Shown one piece after another: positions 28,947-39,592 of a DNA stretch of 64,000 nt (positions are counted from its first letter, which is position 1; each line of letters starts with the position of its first letter). The notes below the pieces were generated by a model. That model worked only from the letters and a program-made list of their open reading frames with translations. It did not search any database and was not told the origin of the DNA. Position numbers and translations under genes: made by a program. Origin of the DNA: Arcobacteraceae bacterium (GTDB lineage Bacteria > Campylobacterota > Campylobacteria > Campylobacterales > Arcobacteraceae); the NCBI GenBank assembly GCA_041672955.1, contig JBAYYP010000003.1:13899-77898 (forward strand), in the 5' to 3' direction.

Positions 28947-30127
28947 TATTTAAATAGTGCCTCTAACGATGTCGCATCGTTGGTTTCAGAAGTAGGAGCA
29001 GTGCCATTTTCATTTGAATCACTTGGAACTATAGAAGGACCTCCTATTTCAATTAACTCAATGGTACATTTTGTAAGCATAGAAGCTAGTCTTATATTTA
29101 AACCCGCTTTTCCAATGGCTTTTGATTTTTGGTCACTAGAAATAGTTACTATCGCTTTGTCTTTTTCATCGTATCTTTTTGCTTTTTCAATAACAACGCT
29201 ATTTATAATTGCAGGTGATAATGCTCTTGAAACAAATACTTCAGGAATAGGAGAATACTCAACACAGTCAATGCTCTCACCGTTAAGTTGTCGGCTAACT
29301 GCTGAAATTCGAACCCCTTTAACACCTACAACTGAACCAATGGCATCAATTGAAGGGTCAATAGAAGTTAAAGCAATTTTTGCTCGGCTTCCTGGAATTC
29401 TTGCACTGGCTTCAATATTTACTCGTTCATCTTTTAATTCAGGCACTTCAAGTGCTAGTAATGCTTCTAAAAATCTAGGAGATGTTCTTGAAAGTTCAAT
29501 AATTAAACCCATTGATTTATCAATGGTTACACCTTTTACTACTGCTTTTAGGTTATCTCCCATTTTAAAGCTTTCGCCTTTAATTCTGTTTTTTCTAGGA
29601 AGCATTCCTCTTACTTCACCAATTTCCACAAAAGTATTTTCGCTTCTGTCAATTCGTGTTACGCTTCCATTAATAATTTTTCCAATTTTATCTTGGTATT
29701 TTCCCATAAGTGTTTGTTCTAAAAAGCGTTGAAGTCTGTACTCAAAGTTGCTGTTTAAAATCGTAGCTGCGTTTCGACCCATATTTTCAAATTCTAATTC
29801 GTACTCCATAAAGTCACCAATTTCTAAATCCGAATCAATTGCCGAAGCATCGTTTAGCGTTATAAAGTTTTCTTTGTTAATAACTTGGTTATATTCATCG
29901 ACTTCAAGACCACTTAATCGTTTGTCGTCGTTGCTTACAACTTCTATTTTTTGAAACAGTTTAAGTTGCTTGTTTTTTCGATCAATTTCTGCTGCGAAAA
30001 TAAGTGTTTCATCGACCATTTTTTTAGCCGTAATAATTAAGGCCTCTTTTAAAGCCTCTTCGACTTCACCGATTTTAAGCCCTTTTTCATATGCAATAGA
30101 ATCTAAAATATCAATTATTTTATCCAT
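28946..30127 (-). CDS. nusA: Transcription termination factor NusA
   Basis: S1 and KH domains: LSRTSP, ARIPGSRAKIA, KAIGKAGLNIRLA. Confidence 0.95.
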   Translation of the reverse strand: MDKIIDILDSIAYEKGLKIGEVEEALKEALIITAKKMVDETLIFAAEIDRKNKQLKLFQKIEVVSNDDKRLSGLEVDEYNQVINKENFITLNDASAIDSDLEIGDFMEYELEFENMGRNAATILNSNFEYRLQRFLEQTLMGKYQDKIGKIINGSVTRIDRSENTFVEIGEVRGMLPRKNRIKGESFKMGDNLKAVVKGVTIDKSMGLIIELSRTSPRFLEALLALEVPELKDERVNIEASARIPGSRAKIALTSIDPSIDAIGSVVGVKGVRISAVSRQLNGESIDCVEYSPIPEVFVSRALSPAIINSVVIEKAKRYDEKDKAIVTISSDQKSKAIGKAGLNIRLASMLTKCTIELIEIGGPSIVPSDSNENGTAPTSETNDATSLEALFK

Positions 30128-30290
30128 AGTAATAACCTTTAAATGTTTAACATTGAATTGTAAAAATGAGTTTCAATGTGATTGTAGGCAATTATTATAT
30201 CTAAAATAACTTTTATCTCTCTTTATAGAATTTAAAGTCATATTTAGATAAAATCTTTGACTTATCTTACAATACAAAAGGGTTAATACA

Positions 30291-30533
30291 ATGGAAATAT
30301 TATTAGCAAGAAAAGAGCTAAATGAAAAACCAAAAAAGGTTCAAGTCTCTAAACTTATCGATGAGCTAAAAGCAATTGGAGAAAAAATATTTTATTTCGA
30401 TAAAGAGAATTCTCACAAAGATATGATGGCACTTGTAGATGCTTTTGAAGCAGAAGGATTTAATGTCTATTTCAGAGAAGTCCGATATGGATTAGCAGAT
30501 GATGAATATATGTACGAGGTTCATTCGTTATAA
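30291..30533 (+). CDS. HP0268-family small protein
   Basis: IFYFDKENSHKD and REVRYGL..EYMYEVH; precedes miaB as in other Campylobacterota. Confidence 0.85.
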   Translation: MEILLARKELNEKPKKVQVSKLIDELKAIGEKIFYFDKENSHKDMMALVDAFEAEGFNVYFREVRYGLADDEYMYEVHSL

Positions 30534-30553
30534 AAAGTAGGATTTAAATATAA

Positions 30554-31873
30554 ATGCAACATACTCATGAACCAAAAAAACTATTTATAGAAACTTTAGG
30601 TTGTCAAATGAACGACAACGACTCAGCGCACATTGTCGCTGAGTTAAACAAACATAAAAACTATACTACTACACAAAATATCGAAGAAGCCGATTTAATT
30701 ATTATTAACACCTGTTCTGTTCGTGAAAAACCTGTGCAAAAACTTTTTTCAGAAATTGGACAATTTAATGTAAAGAAAAAAAAAGGTGCCAAAATTGGTG
30801 TGTGTGGATGTACCGCTAGCCATTTAGGAAAAGATATTATTAAAAGAGCACCTTATGTCGATTTTGTTTTAGGTGCACGAAATATTTCAAAAATTTCAAC
30901 TATAATTGAGCAAAAAGGGGCAGTTGAGATTGATATTGACAATGACGACAGCCAGTATGATTTTGCTCGTGCTGAAACATCGTTGTATAAAACATCTATT
31001 AATATCTCAATTGGTTGTGACAAAGAGTGTACTTACTGTATTGTTCCAGCAACAAGAGGTGAAGAGCTTTCAATTCCTGCTGAAATGATTGTTGAGCAAA
31101 TTCAAAAAGATGTTAAAAGAGGTGCAGTAGAAGCAACGCTTTTAGGACAAAATGTTAACTCGTATGGAAGACGCTTTAGTGATGGACGTGAAAAATCAAC
31201 TTTTACACAGCTATTGCAAGAAATTTCAAAAATTGAAGGCTTAGAACGCATTCGGTTTACTTCTCCACACCCTTTACACATGGACGATGCTTTTATTGAA
31301 GAGTTTGCACAAAACCCAAAGATTTCAAAGTGCATTCATATGCCACTTCAAAGTGGTTCAACGGCTGTTTTAAAAGCCATGAAAAGAGGCTACACCAAAG
31401 AGTGGTTTTTAAATAGGGCGTTGAAACTGAGAGAACTCATACCCGAAGTTCGTATTACTACAGATATTATTGTGGCATTTCCAGGGGAGACGCAAGAAGA
31501 TTTTGAAGACACACTCGATGTTATTAATCAAGTGCGATTTGACCAAATTTTTAACTTTAAATATTCACCCAGACCAAACACCGCAGCGCTAGAATTAAAA
31601 GAGCAAGAAATTGCGGATGATATTGGAAGTTCTAGACTCATTCAAGTTATTGAACTTCATAAAGAGCACCAAAGTGAACATATGCTTTCAAATATAGGTA
31701 AAACTATGAGCGTATTGTTTGAAAGCTTAAAACCCAATGGTGAAATTATGGGCTTTAGTGATAACTATTGCCAAGTGTATGTTAAAGGAAGCGATGAGCT
31801 TTTAGGAAAATGTGTGAATGTTAAAATTATAAGTTCAACACGAACCTCACTTAAAGGGGAAGTGGTAAACTAA
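30554..31873 (+). CDS. miaB: tRNA-i6A37 methylthiotransferase
   Basis: TLGCQMN; NTCSVREK; CDKECTYC; RIRFTSPHP; TRAM C-terminus. Confidence 0.95.
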   Translation: MQHTHEPKKLFIETLGCQMNDNDSAHIVAELNKHKNYTTTQNIEEADLIIINTCSVREKPVQKLFSEIGQFNVKKKKGAKIGVCGCTASHLGKDIIKRAPYVDFVLGARNISKISTIIEQKGAVEIDIDNDDSQYDFARAETSLYKTSINISIGCDKECTYCIVPATRGEELSIPAEMIVEQIQKDVKRGAVEATLLGQNVNSYGRRFSDGREKSTFTQLLQEISKIEGLERIRFTSPHPLHMDDAFIEEFAQNPKISKCIHMPLQSGSTAVLKAMKRGYTKEWFLNRALKLRELIPEVRITTDIIVAFPGETQEDFEDTLDVINQVRFDQIFNFKYSPRPNTAALELKEQEIADDIGSSRLIQVIELHKEHQSEHMLSNIGKTMSVLFESLKPNGEIMGFSDNYCQVYVKGSDELLGKCVNVKIISSTRTSLKGEVVN

Positions 31874-31875
31874 CG

Positions 31876-32490
31876 ATGAAATATTTTTTAAAAACTAAAC
31901 TTTTGCCATTTTTTTTGCAAATTTTAGTGCGTATTATTTATATGACAAGTAAAAAAGTGTTTCATCACCCAAAAGAGTTAAACGACAAAGTCTATGTCGT
32001 AACATTTTGGCACGGGGAGCTTTTAATGCAACCGTTTAACTACCAAAAGCTCAAACCCCATGGAAAAGTAAGTGCCATGATAAGTGAACATAAAGATGGG
32101 GAAGCCATTACTAAAACGGTTGAGTATTTGGGCATTTACTCAATTCGGGGTTCAAGTACCAGAGGCGGAACCAAAGCTCTGATTGCTGCTATTAAAGAGT
32201 TAAAAGCAGGCGATGACATAGCTATTACTCCCGATGGTCCAAGAGGTCCTAGGCACAGTGTTGCCAGTGGAATTGTAGCCATTTCTCAGAAAACAAATGC
32301 TAAGATATTAGCATTTAATTGTAAACCTACAAAATATTGGCAATTTAATTCATGGGATAAATTTATAGTACCAAAACCATTTGGCACGCTTAACTTTTAT
32401 GTAAGCGAACCTTTTAGTGTTGAGGGCTTAGAAATAGAAGATGCAAAAAGTTTAGTTCAAGAGAAATTGCTTCAAAACGCAATGAAATAA
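31876..32490 (+). CDS. lpxJ: DUF374 acyltransferase (LpxJ-like lipid A secondary acyltransferase)
   Basis: FWHGEL, SEHKDGE, RGSSTRGG, TPDGPRGP, SWDKF..PKPF; follows miaB. Confidence 0.75.
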   Translation: MKYFLKTKLLPFFLQILVRIIYMTSKKVFHHPKELNDKVYVVTFWHGELLMQPFNYQKLKPHGKVSAMISEHKDGEAITKTVEYLGIYSIRGSSTRGGTKALIAAIKELKAGDDIAITPDGPRGPRHSVASGIVAISQKTNAKILAFNCKPTKYWQFNSWDKFIVPKPFGTLNFYVSEPFSVEGLEIEDAKSLVQEKLLQNAMK

Positions 32491-32500
32491 TCGAGGGAAT

Positions 32501-34102
32501 ATGTTTAACAAAAGTTCTTTGTATGTGAGTATTATTCGATACTATAATCAACTAAAATTTGATTATAAGCAGTTAGTTAACGACGATATTGTTAAAGCAG
32601 AACAGTCATCTTTTTTAGTGCATGGGAATTCCTTGTCTCAAGATGTTGTCTATAAACTAAAAATATTAGAACAAAATGAACCTCAAACTTTTATTTCAAC
32701 TCTATGCGATAGCTCTGAACAAAAACTTGTTTTAAAATCGCCTTTAAATAATTCTGATAGCAATGTGATTGTCCCTTTTAACAGTGAGTACAATTTAGCA
32801 CTGGATAAAAGTGCGTTATTTGAAACCAAATATTTTTTTGAAGCTTCAGGCGTGGATTATATCTATTCTCCTTTTCATATTTTAAATTTACATTGTGAAC
32901 AAAATCCAAGTGCCAGCACTTTTAATGGCTTTATTGTAAATAACTCATTATATATACTGATTTTAAATCAAAACAATCAAGTGGTTTATTCAGGTATTGA
33001 AGCCTTAACCTCTTTTGAAGAGATACAAAAATCAAACTTCTATGACAATGAAATCTTTGGACAAAAACTTTTCGATGAAATTTATTATTTTGAAATTGAA
33101 AGCATAATTAATACTGTTTTGGAAAAATTTTATGAAACCAAAGAGAAGCTTTTTATTGACAAAGTAACCATTTTACATATGATTAAACAACTCAACGAAG
33201 AACAAATTAACCGTTTACACAATGAGCTTTTAATTGAAGTGAATTATCATCCTATTTCAGTAGATGATTATATTTATGAGTTAGCCAAACAACCACTTAA
33301 GATGCAAAGAAGTTTTATAAAGCCTAGAAAAAAAGAGAAAAGCAAATTTGTACTTTTTTCACTCATTGCCTTTACTCTTATGATTACCTTTGGGGCATTT
33401 TATTTTTACAACTATATGAACGGACAAAAACACAAGGTTCAAGAAGAGATAATTTTAGAAAAAAGCAAAGCAATAGAAAAAAAAGAGCAAGAAAAAGAAG
33501 AAGCTCTTAAACCAAAGCTTCCTAACCATATGCTAAAAAATCATAAATTGCAAAAAAGAGTTTTAACTTTATTTGATATTATCCCTTATAGCGTTGTTGT
33601 AGAAGAACTAGAGGTAGGTCTTAACAGTGCATTTTTAAAAATATCTTTGCTTGAAGATGATATTTATATTAAAGATATGCAGCCAAAACTGCTTCACGAA
33701 TATAAATTTTCATCTATAGAGTTTGGTGAAAACCAAAGTAAGGGTGCATTAAAAGCAACTATTGATAACAGCGAATACATAGAACAACCTCAAACTACAC
33801 AAGAGGTATTGCCAGAATATATCCAAAATGGGTTTTTACCAAAACAACAAGTTGAAGAGATATTAGGGTTTGTATTAGGTGAAAAAAATGAGTTTGTATT
33901 TAAATCTGATTTCAAATCTGATATTAGCACATTTAACTATGAAGTAGTTATGCATTGCGAAGAGCCACAAGAGTTTTTTACGCTAATTGAAGTCTTAAAT
34001 GAACAAAAATATTCTATGAATGTGTCGTATCCTGTGAAGATGAAAAAGAGTGAAAAAGGGATTGAAGTTAGGTTTATTTTGCAGTTTCACCAAAATGAGT
34101 AG
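32501..34102 (+). CDS. Single-TM protein; possible fused PilM/PilN/PilO-like flagellar cage component
   Basis: About 280-aa soluble N-domain, one TM helix, coiled coil, LFDIIP PilN-like motif, then a second alpha/beta domain; follows miaB-lpxJ. Confidence 0.45.
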   Translation: MFNKSSLYVSIIRYYNQLKFDYKQLVNDDIVKAEQSSFLVHGNSLSQDVVYKLKILEQNEPQTFISTLCDSSEQKLVLKSPLNNSDSNVIVPFNSEYNLALDKSALFETKYFFEASGVDYIYSPFHILNLHCEQNPSASTFNGFIVNNSLYILILNQNNQVVYSGIEALTSFEEIQKSNFYDNEIFGQKLFDEIYYFEIESIINTVLEKFYETKEKLFIDKVTILHMIKQLNEEQINRLHNELLIEVNYHPISVDDYIYELAKQPLKMQRSFIKPRKKEKSKFVLFSLIAFTLMITFGAFYFYNYMNGQKHKVQEEIILEKSKAIEKKEQEKEEALKPKLPNHMLKNHKLQKRVLTLFDIIPYSVVVEELEVGLNSAFLKISLLEDDIYIKDMQPKLLHEYKFSSIEFGENQSKGALKATIDNSEYIEQPQTTQEVLPEYIQNGFLPKQQVEEILGFVLGEKNEFVFKSDFKSDISTFNYEVVMHCEEPQEFFTLIEVLNEQKYSMNVSYPVKMKKSEKGIEVRFILQFHQNE

Positions 34103-34142
34103 GAAAGTGAAAATAAAATATTTTCACGCGCATTTGCACTCC

Positions 34143-34248
34143 TAGGAAGCCGAAACTTGTTTCGGCATGGTTTGCATTAAAAATTGTTAATTGAAATTGT
34201 AATAAACTAGCAACTTTTAATAAGTCTCAAACAAGTTTGAGATTCCTA
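34143..34248. repeat. Inverted pair of 24-bp REP-like palindromes
   Basis: 34143-34166 (+) TAGGAAGCCGAAACTTGTTTCGGC and 34225-34248 (-) TAGGAATCTCAAACTTGTTTGAGA. Confidence 0.75.
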
Positions 34249-34283
34249 ATACAAAAATAATTGAAAATTCAACATTATTTATG

Positions 34284-35342
34284 TTAATAAAATTTCAGTT
34301 CATTATAAACAGAATCTCTTTCAACGGGGGTAAACCCTGAGTTTTGGATGACTTGTACGAACTGTTCTAACGGCATTCCATTGGCGCTGTTTGCTCCTGC
34401 TGCTGAGTTTATGGACTCTTTTTGAATAGTGCCATCTAAATCATTTGCTCCAAATTCTTGGGCCAATAAGGCAAGTTTTATACTTGATGTTACCCAATAC
34501 GCTTTTAGGTTTGGAATATTGTCTAGCACAATTCTGGCAATGGCGAAAGTTTTTAAAATCTCTTGACCCGTTGGATACTCTTTAACATTTAAGAAGTTAT
34601 TCTCTTTTTGATAGACAAGTGGAATAAACGCGTTAAACCCATGTGTTTCATCTTGTAAATCGCGTAACCGAAGCATATGGTCAATTCTGTGTTCTCTTGT
34701 TTCTATATGCCCAAAAAGCATGGTGGCATTGCTTTGTTTGCCTTTATTGTGCCAAAGTTTATGAATATGGAGCCACTGTTGTGAACTTACTTTTCCACCA
34801 CAAATTCTTTTTCGTAACTCTTCATCAAAAATTTCAGCACCCCCACCTGGCATAGAGTCAACACCACTTTCAATCATTTTTTGAATAATTTCTTCATAGC
34901 TTAAATTATATTCGGTGCTTAAAAAGTGAATTTCAGCAGCAGTTAACGCTTTTACATGAAGTTGCGGATATTTGTCTTTTATTTTTTTAAAAACATCTAA
35001 GTACCACTTTAAACCAGTATCTGGATTATGTGCAGAAACAATATGCACCTCTTTAATCTCTTTCTTTAAAGAATCATCAACAGTTTGTAAAATCTCTTCG
35101 TGGCTCATTGTATAGGGGTTTGGGTTTTTTCTGCTTGAACTGTAAGCACAAAATTGACAAACATCTTTACAAATATTAGTGGGATTAATGTGCCTGTTAA
35201 TATTAAAATATGTTTTTCTTTCAAATATTTGAGTGCGTATTTTATTAGCATATTTTCCCAAAGTAAAAAGATCTAAATCGTAAAGCGATAATGCTTCTTT
35301 GAAACTCAGCCTCTCTTGGTTTTCTAACTTTTCAATAATCAT
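34284..35342 (-). CDS. mqnE: Aminofutalosine synthase (radical SAM)
   Basis: NRHINPTNICKDVCQFCAY; SMPGGGAEIF; NATMLFGHIE; DLDGTIQKESI. Confidence 0.88.
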   Translation of the reverse strand: MIIEKLENQERLSFKEALSLYDLDLFTLGKYANKIRTQIFERKTYFNINRHINPTNICKDVCQFCAYSSSRKNPNPYTMSHEEILQTVDDSLKKEIKEVHIVSAHNPDTGLKWYLDVFKKIKDKYPQLHVKALTAAEIHFLSTEYNLSYEEIIQKMIESGVDSMPGGGAEIFDEELRKRICGGKVSSQQWLHIHKLWHNKGKQSNATMLFGHIETREHRIDHMLRLRDLQDETHGFNAFIPLVYQKENNFLNVKEYPTGQEILKTFAIARIVLDNIPNLKAYWVTSSIKLALLAQEFGANDLDGTIQKESINSAAGANSANGMPLEQFVQVIQNSGFTPVERDSVYNELKFY

Positions 35343-35662
35343 TTGCACTCAATATCCTTGCTGTACTCTTTTTTATAATTGTATAAAATAAAGCCGCGAC
35401 ACACTTGTTTTAAATCGTTATCGGTAAACTCTAAAGAGTAAAGCGATCCTTTTTTATTAACCTCTGGGTCTTCAACTTTATGCGTTTTAAAAATGGTAAT
35501 CTTTGAAATATTAGGATGTCCTAATGTGGCTAAAACTTCTCGTAGCTTTTCTTCTTTAAGTGTGGTACTAATAAAATAAAAAGCAACACCTATAATAACA
35601 GTTAACGCAATAACAAAAATATGTTTTTTAGGAATTTTTCGTACAGGTATATTTTGGCTCAT
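35339..35662 (-). CDS. Hypothetical membrane-anchored protein
   Basis: N-terminal TM helix; ATGA overlaps with both neighbours. Confidence 0.75.
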   Translation of the reverse strand: MSQNIPVRKIPKKHIFVIALTVIIGVAFYFISTTLKEEKLREVLATLGHPNISKITIFKTHKVEDPEVNKKGSLYSLEFTDNDLKQVCRGFILYNYKKEYSKDIECK

Positions 35663-36309
35663 GATAATAACTCTTTCAGTGGTTTATATTGTTTTTTTTC
35701 TAAATCATAATACTCAATCAATCCAGTTTCAATACAGTAGTACCAACCGTGAATGGTAAGTGTTTTTTGGTCAATTCTCTCTTTTACCGCAGGATAAGAA
35801 AAAAGGTTCTCAACCTGATACAAAATAGAGTTTCTCTCCGTTTGTCTGTAAAGGTCTTCTTTGTCGTTTGGGTCTTTAATTGTTCTTAAAGTAAACTCTT
35901 TAGCTTTTGCACCCAGTTCTAGCCATTTTTTTACATGCACTAAAGTAGATTCTATAGGGATTTCATCATATAAACTTTTACAAGCTCCACAATGAGAGTG
36001 ACCACATACAATAATATCTTTAACCCCTAAAACAGAAACCGCATACTCAATAGCAGCAGCACTTCCGTGAAAGTCATTATCTGCTTTATATGGAGGAATA
36101 AAATTTCCCACATTTCGCAAAATAAACATATCTCCTGGTTTGGCATCTAACATTAAATCAGGAGTTACCCGACTGTCACTACACCCTATAAAAAGCACCT
36201 CTGGTTTTTGACCAATTTGGATAGATAATTTTAACTCTTCTTCAAAATAAGGGAAATAGAGACTTTTAAACTTCTCATTTCCTTTTATTAATTGCTTTAT
36301 TCTGTGCAT
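35659..36309 (-). CDS. Beta-class carbonic anhydrase
   Basis: CSDSRV, RNVGN, CGHSHCG Zn ligands. Confidence 0.95.
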   Translation of the reverse strand: MHRIKQLIKGNEKFKSLYFPYFEEELKLSIQIGQKPEVLFIGCSDSRVTPDLMLDAKPGDMFILRNVGNFIPPYKADNDFHGSAAAIEYAVSVLGVKDIIVCGHSHCGACKSLYDEIPIESTLVHVKKWLELGAKAKEFTLRTIKDPNDKEDLYRQTERNSILYQVENLFSYPAVKERIDQKTLTIHGWYYCIETGLIEYYDLEKKQYKPLKELLS

Positions 36310-37415
36310 GGTAAACCTTTGTATTTGTCTAAATGGTTTGCTAGAATAATCAAATCTTTTTGCGCAATATCTATTTTTGCAATGACTCGAATTATAGCTT
36401 TTTTAACTGTGGGTTGTCTTATAGCACCTACACAAAACCCTAAAGCGTTTAGCTCTTTTTGTATAGTTATTACCTTTTTATTATCATTTATTAAAACAGG
36501 AATAATCAAACTCTGGGCTTCTATTTGTAAATGCTCTTTAAAAATATCAATACGGCTTTGAATTTTTGTTTTTAACTCTTCTTTGTGGGTTAAAATATAA
36601 TTTAGTGCTTCATGACCTAGTGCTGTATCAAACAAAGATAAAGCAGTAGTGTAAATAATGGCTTTGGCATTATTAAGCAAAAAATCAATAACTTCAAAAG
36701 AGGCTAAAATATAAGCGCCATAACTTCCATATGCTTTTCCTAAGGTTCCCATTTTAATATGATTCTTTTTAGGAGTAATGGAGTAATAATCAAAAACACC
36801 TAAAAGGTTTTCTCCAATAACTCCACAACTGTGAGCTTCATCTACAATAAGAAGAGCGTTGTGAGCATCTGCAATTTCAAAAATTTCTTTTTTTGCAATA
36901 TCTCCTTGCATAGAGTAAACACCTTCAATAGCAATAATAATACGGTTATATTTTGAAAGTTCAAGTGAGTTTAAAATATTTTCCAAATCTTTGTCATCGT
37001 TGTGTTTAAAAAAAAGAACTTGATTTTTTTTAAGAAGCCTAGTAGCTAAAATACCACTTGCATGATACTCTTCATCCATAATTAAAATATCTTTTTTGCG
37101 AACAAGTGCTTCTATTAAAGAGATATTTGCTAAAAAACCACTTCCTAAAACAATGCCATCTTCAAAGTGGTTAGCTTTACACAAAGCTTCTTCAAACTCT
37201 TGATGAATAGAGCTATAACCGTTAACAAGTAAAGAAGATTTTGGGGAGAAGTGAGCGTGTTTTAAAACTTTTTCATAAGCATTTTTAAATAATGTTTTGT
37301 TTGTAGATAATCCTAAATAATCATTAGAAGCTGCATCTATACAAGAAGCATTGGCAATAACTCTTTGGCGGTAACGATTCGACTTTTTAATGACATCTAT
37401 CTCTTTGTCGTACAA
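36297..37415 (-). CDS. bioF: 8-amino-7-oxononanoate synthase
   Basis: ASNDYLGL; SGFLAN; YSMQGD; VDEAHS; GTLGKAYG PLP lysine; AIRQPTV. Confidence 0.88.
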   Translation of the reverse strand: MYDKEIDVIKKSNRYRQRVIANASCIDAASNDYLGLSTNKTLFKNAYEKVLKHAHFSPKSSLLVNGYSSIHQEFEEALCKANHFEDGIVLGSGFLANISLIEALVRKKDILIMDEEYHASGILATRLLKKNQVLFFKHNDDKDLENILNSLELSKYNRIIIAIEGVYSMQGDIAKKEIFEIADAHNALLIVDEAHSCGVIGENLLGVFDYYSITPKKNHIKMGTLGKAYGSYGAYILASFEVIDFLLNNAKAIIYTTALSLFDTALGHEALNYILTHKEELKTKIQSRIDIFKEHLQIEAQSLIIPVLINDNKKVITIQKELNALGFCVGAIRQPTVKKAIIRVIAKIDIAQKDLIILANHLDKYKGLPCTE

Positions 37416-37504
37416 AAAAACTCCTATGTTTAATGAAATATTATATCCAATTAAACATAAATTTTTAAAAGAGTCAATGAGAGAGTAATTATTAATTGTG
37501 GGTT

Positions 37505-37528
37505 TCGGAAGCTTAAACTTGTTTAAGC
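37505..37528 (+). repeat. Third copy of the REP-like palindrome
   Basis: TCGGAAGCTTAAACTTGTTTAAGC. Confidence 0.7.
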
Positions 37529-37670
37529 CAAAAGTTGTTGAAAATTGGAATGAATTGAAAACCCCAAAGATAAGAGTGTTTGAATTATTAAAAACCTTAG
37601 CACTTAACGCTATTTAATCCTACACAAGCTAAAATTAGAGTTTATAATAAAATACTTATTGAGGATTTTT

Positions 37671-38273
37671 ATGGACTTATTTATATCATCATTTTTAAAA
37701 ATATTTTTTATAATGACGCCTTTCTTTGTGTTGTCAGTTTTTTTAACAGTTACACAAGATGCAACGATTAAAGAAAGAAAATCGTTAGCTATAAAAGTTA
37801 CCATTTCCGTTGTGGTTACCAGTTTAATTTTACTTTTCTTTGGAAAACATATTTTTTCAATCTTTGGAATTACGCTTGATGCGTTTCGTATAGGAGCAGG
37901 GGCATTGTTGTTTATTTCAGCCGTTGAGTTGGTTAAGGGCAGTAAAGAAAGTACCAAAATAGGCAAAAAAGATATTTCTCAACTGGCTGTGGTTCCTTTG
38001 GCTATTCCAATTACCATAGGACCTGGAACCATTGGTATATTGCTTGTTATGGGAGCTACTTTTGAGAACACTTCTTCTATGTTAGTGGGAAGTTTGTCGC
38101 TTGTGAGTGCGGTTTTGGCTATTGGAATTATGCTGTACAGTTCAAGTTTTATTGAAAATATTATTGGAAAACAAGGGCTGTTGGTTATTTCAAAAATAAC
38201 AGGTCTTTTTCTCGCCGCACTTTCGGCTCAGATTGTCTTTACGGGTATTAAGAATTTTTTAGGATTAGAATGA
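37671..38273 (+). CDS. MarC-family membrane protein
   Basis: FGITLDAFRIGAG; AVVPLAIPITIGPG; six TM helices. Confidence 0.92.
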   Translation: MDLFISSFLKIFFIMTPFFVLSVFLTVTQDATIKERKSLAIKVTISVVVTSLILLFFGKHIFSIFGITLDAFRIGAGALLFISAVELVKGSKESTKIGKKDISQLAVVPLAIPITIGPGTIGILLVMGATFENTSSMLVGSLSLVSAVLAIGIMLYSSSFIENIIGKQGLLVISKITGLFLAALSAQIVFTGIKNFLGLE

Positions 38274-38764
38274 AAATACTCTATTTTGGCGGACAAAAAT
38301 GTGGGAAAACAAATGCTGGAACTAAAAAAACTTTAGAATTGGCAAAAGAGGATAAACCTTACTATATAGCTACTTATGACAACACTTTTAATGATACTTC
38401 AATGGGGGAGCGAGTAAAGAAGCATATTTCACAAAGAAAAGATGATTTTTTTACTATTGAAGAGCCTAGAGGTTTGAGTAAAATAATTAAACCTAATAAA
38501 ACTTATTTAGTTGATTGCGTTTCTATGTGGATTTTTAATAATTTAGAAAAAAGTGAAGAAGAACTCAAAGAACAAATTCGAGCCATTTGTGCAATAAAAG
38601 CCAATGTGGTGTTTATTTTAAACGATGTTTCGTGTGGAGTTATACCATGTGATAGCCAATCTCGGAAATTTGTGGATTTAAGCGGAATCATAGGGCAAGA
38701 GTTAGTAAAACTTTGCAATGAGGTGTATGAAGTTAAATATGGGTTGGAGAAAAAACTAAAATGA
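38270..38764 (+). CDS. cobU: Adenosylcobinamide kinase / phosphate guanylyltransferase
   Basis: GGQKCGKT P-loop; YIAT; TIEEP; LVDCVSMW; SRKFVDLSG. Confidence 0.88.
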   Translation: MKILYFGGQKCGKTNAGTKKTLELAKEDKPYYIATYDNTFNDTSMGERVKKHISQRKDDFFTIEEPRGLSKIIKPNKTYLVDCVSMWIFNNLEKSEEELKEQIRAICAIKANVVFILNDVSCGVIPCDSQSRKFVDLSGIIGQELVKLCNEVYEVKYGLEKKLK

Positions 38765-39507
38765 GATCACTTTTAAATGCTTTTTTCTTTACGCTTTCAT
38801 ATTTTTCTATTATTCCTGTGTTTGTTAAAAATATGGAGATAAACAGTAGTACATACAAATATGCATTGGTGCTATTGCCATTAGTAGGAGCCATATTAGC
38901 GTTACTTGTGTTGAGTGTCCATCTTACACTAAGCACATTTTTTCATCCACTTTATGCTGCTTTTGTAGCGGCAATTGTGTATCTTGCTTTGTATGGGTTT
39001 ATTCACACTGAAGCCATAATTGATGTGGTTGATGGGTGGTTTGCTTCATACAGTGGCAAAGATGCGTATGCGATTATGAAAGAATCAACCATTGGAGCAA
39101 TTGGCGCTTTATATGCATTTTGTTTTGTCTTGTTAAAAGTGGGGATTATTACTTATGTGTTGTATGAAAAAGAGTATGGGCTTTTTGTGGTTGTTTGTCT
39201 GTTTTCTAGGTTAAATTTAATTTACCTATTGGGATATTTTAAGTTCAGTAAAGATAGCTTTCTGTCGTTGGCGTTTGCAGGTTCTGGAATTTTTCAACTT
39301 AAAATTGTGGCGTTGATTTATGTTTTAATAGCATTTTTTATAGCTTCAAATGTGTTGATTTTACTGGGCGTTTCGCTTTTAAGTTTTTATGTGGTGTTAA
39401 CAATATTAAATCGTAAGTTTGGGTTTGTTAATGGCGATTGCTTGGGCTTTACGTTAGAGCATACGGAGTTAATCGTTCTAAATATTGGGTTGCTTTTACT
39501 TTTATAA
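38761..39507 (+). CDS. cobS: Adenosylcobinamide-GDP ribazoletransferase
   Basis: GFIHTEAIIDVVDG; IMKESTIGAIG; GFVNGDCLG. Confidence 0.9.
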   Translation: MRSLLNAFFFTLSYFSIIPVFVKNMEINSSTYKYALVLLPLVGAILALLVLSVHLTLSTFFHPLYAAFVAAIVYLALYGFIHTEAIIDVVDGWFASYSGKDAYAIMKESTIGAIGALYAFCFVLLKVGIITYVLYEKEYGLFVVVCLFSRLNLIYLLGYFKFSKDSFLSLAFAGSGIFQLKIVALIYVLIAFFIASNVLILLGVSLLSFYVVLTILNRKFGFVNGDCLGFTLEHTELIVLNIGLLLLL

Positions 39508-39592
39508 AAAGAATTAAATAAATTATTAATATTGAAAGATAAAAATAGCTTCTAAATGTGATAAAATCACGCATTATAAAAAGGATTAAAAA

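Noticed and set aside
28980-30209. Long plus-strand ORFs opposite nusA, and similar ORFs opposite ilvD, glnD, fliD and htrA
   Set aside because: Antisense shadows of conserved genes, with no RBS or recognisable motifs
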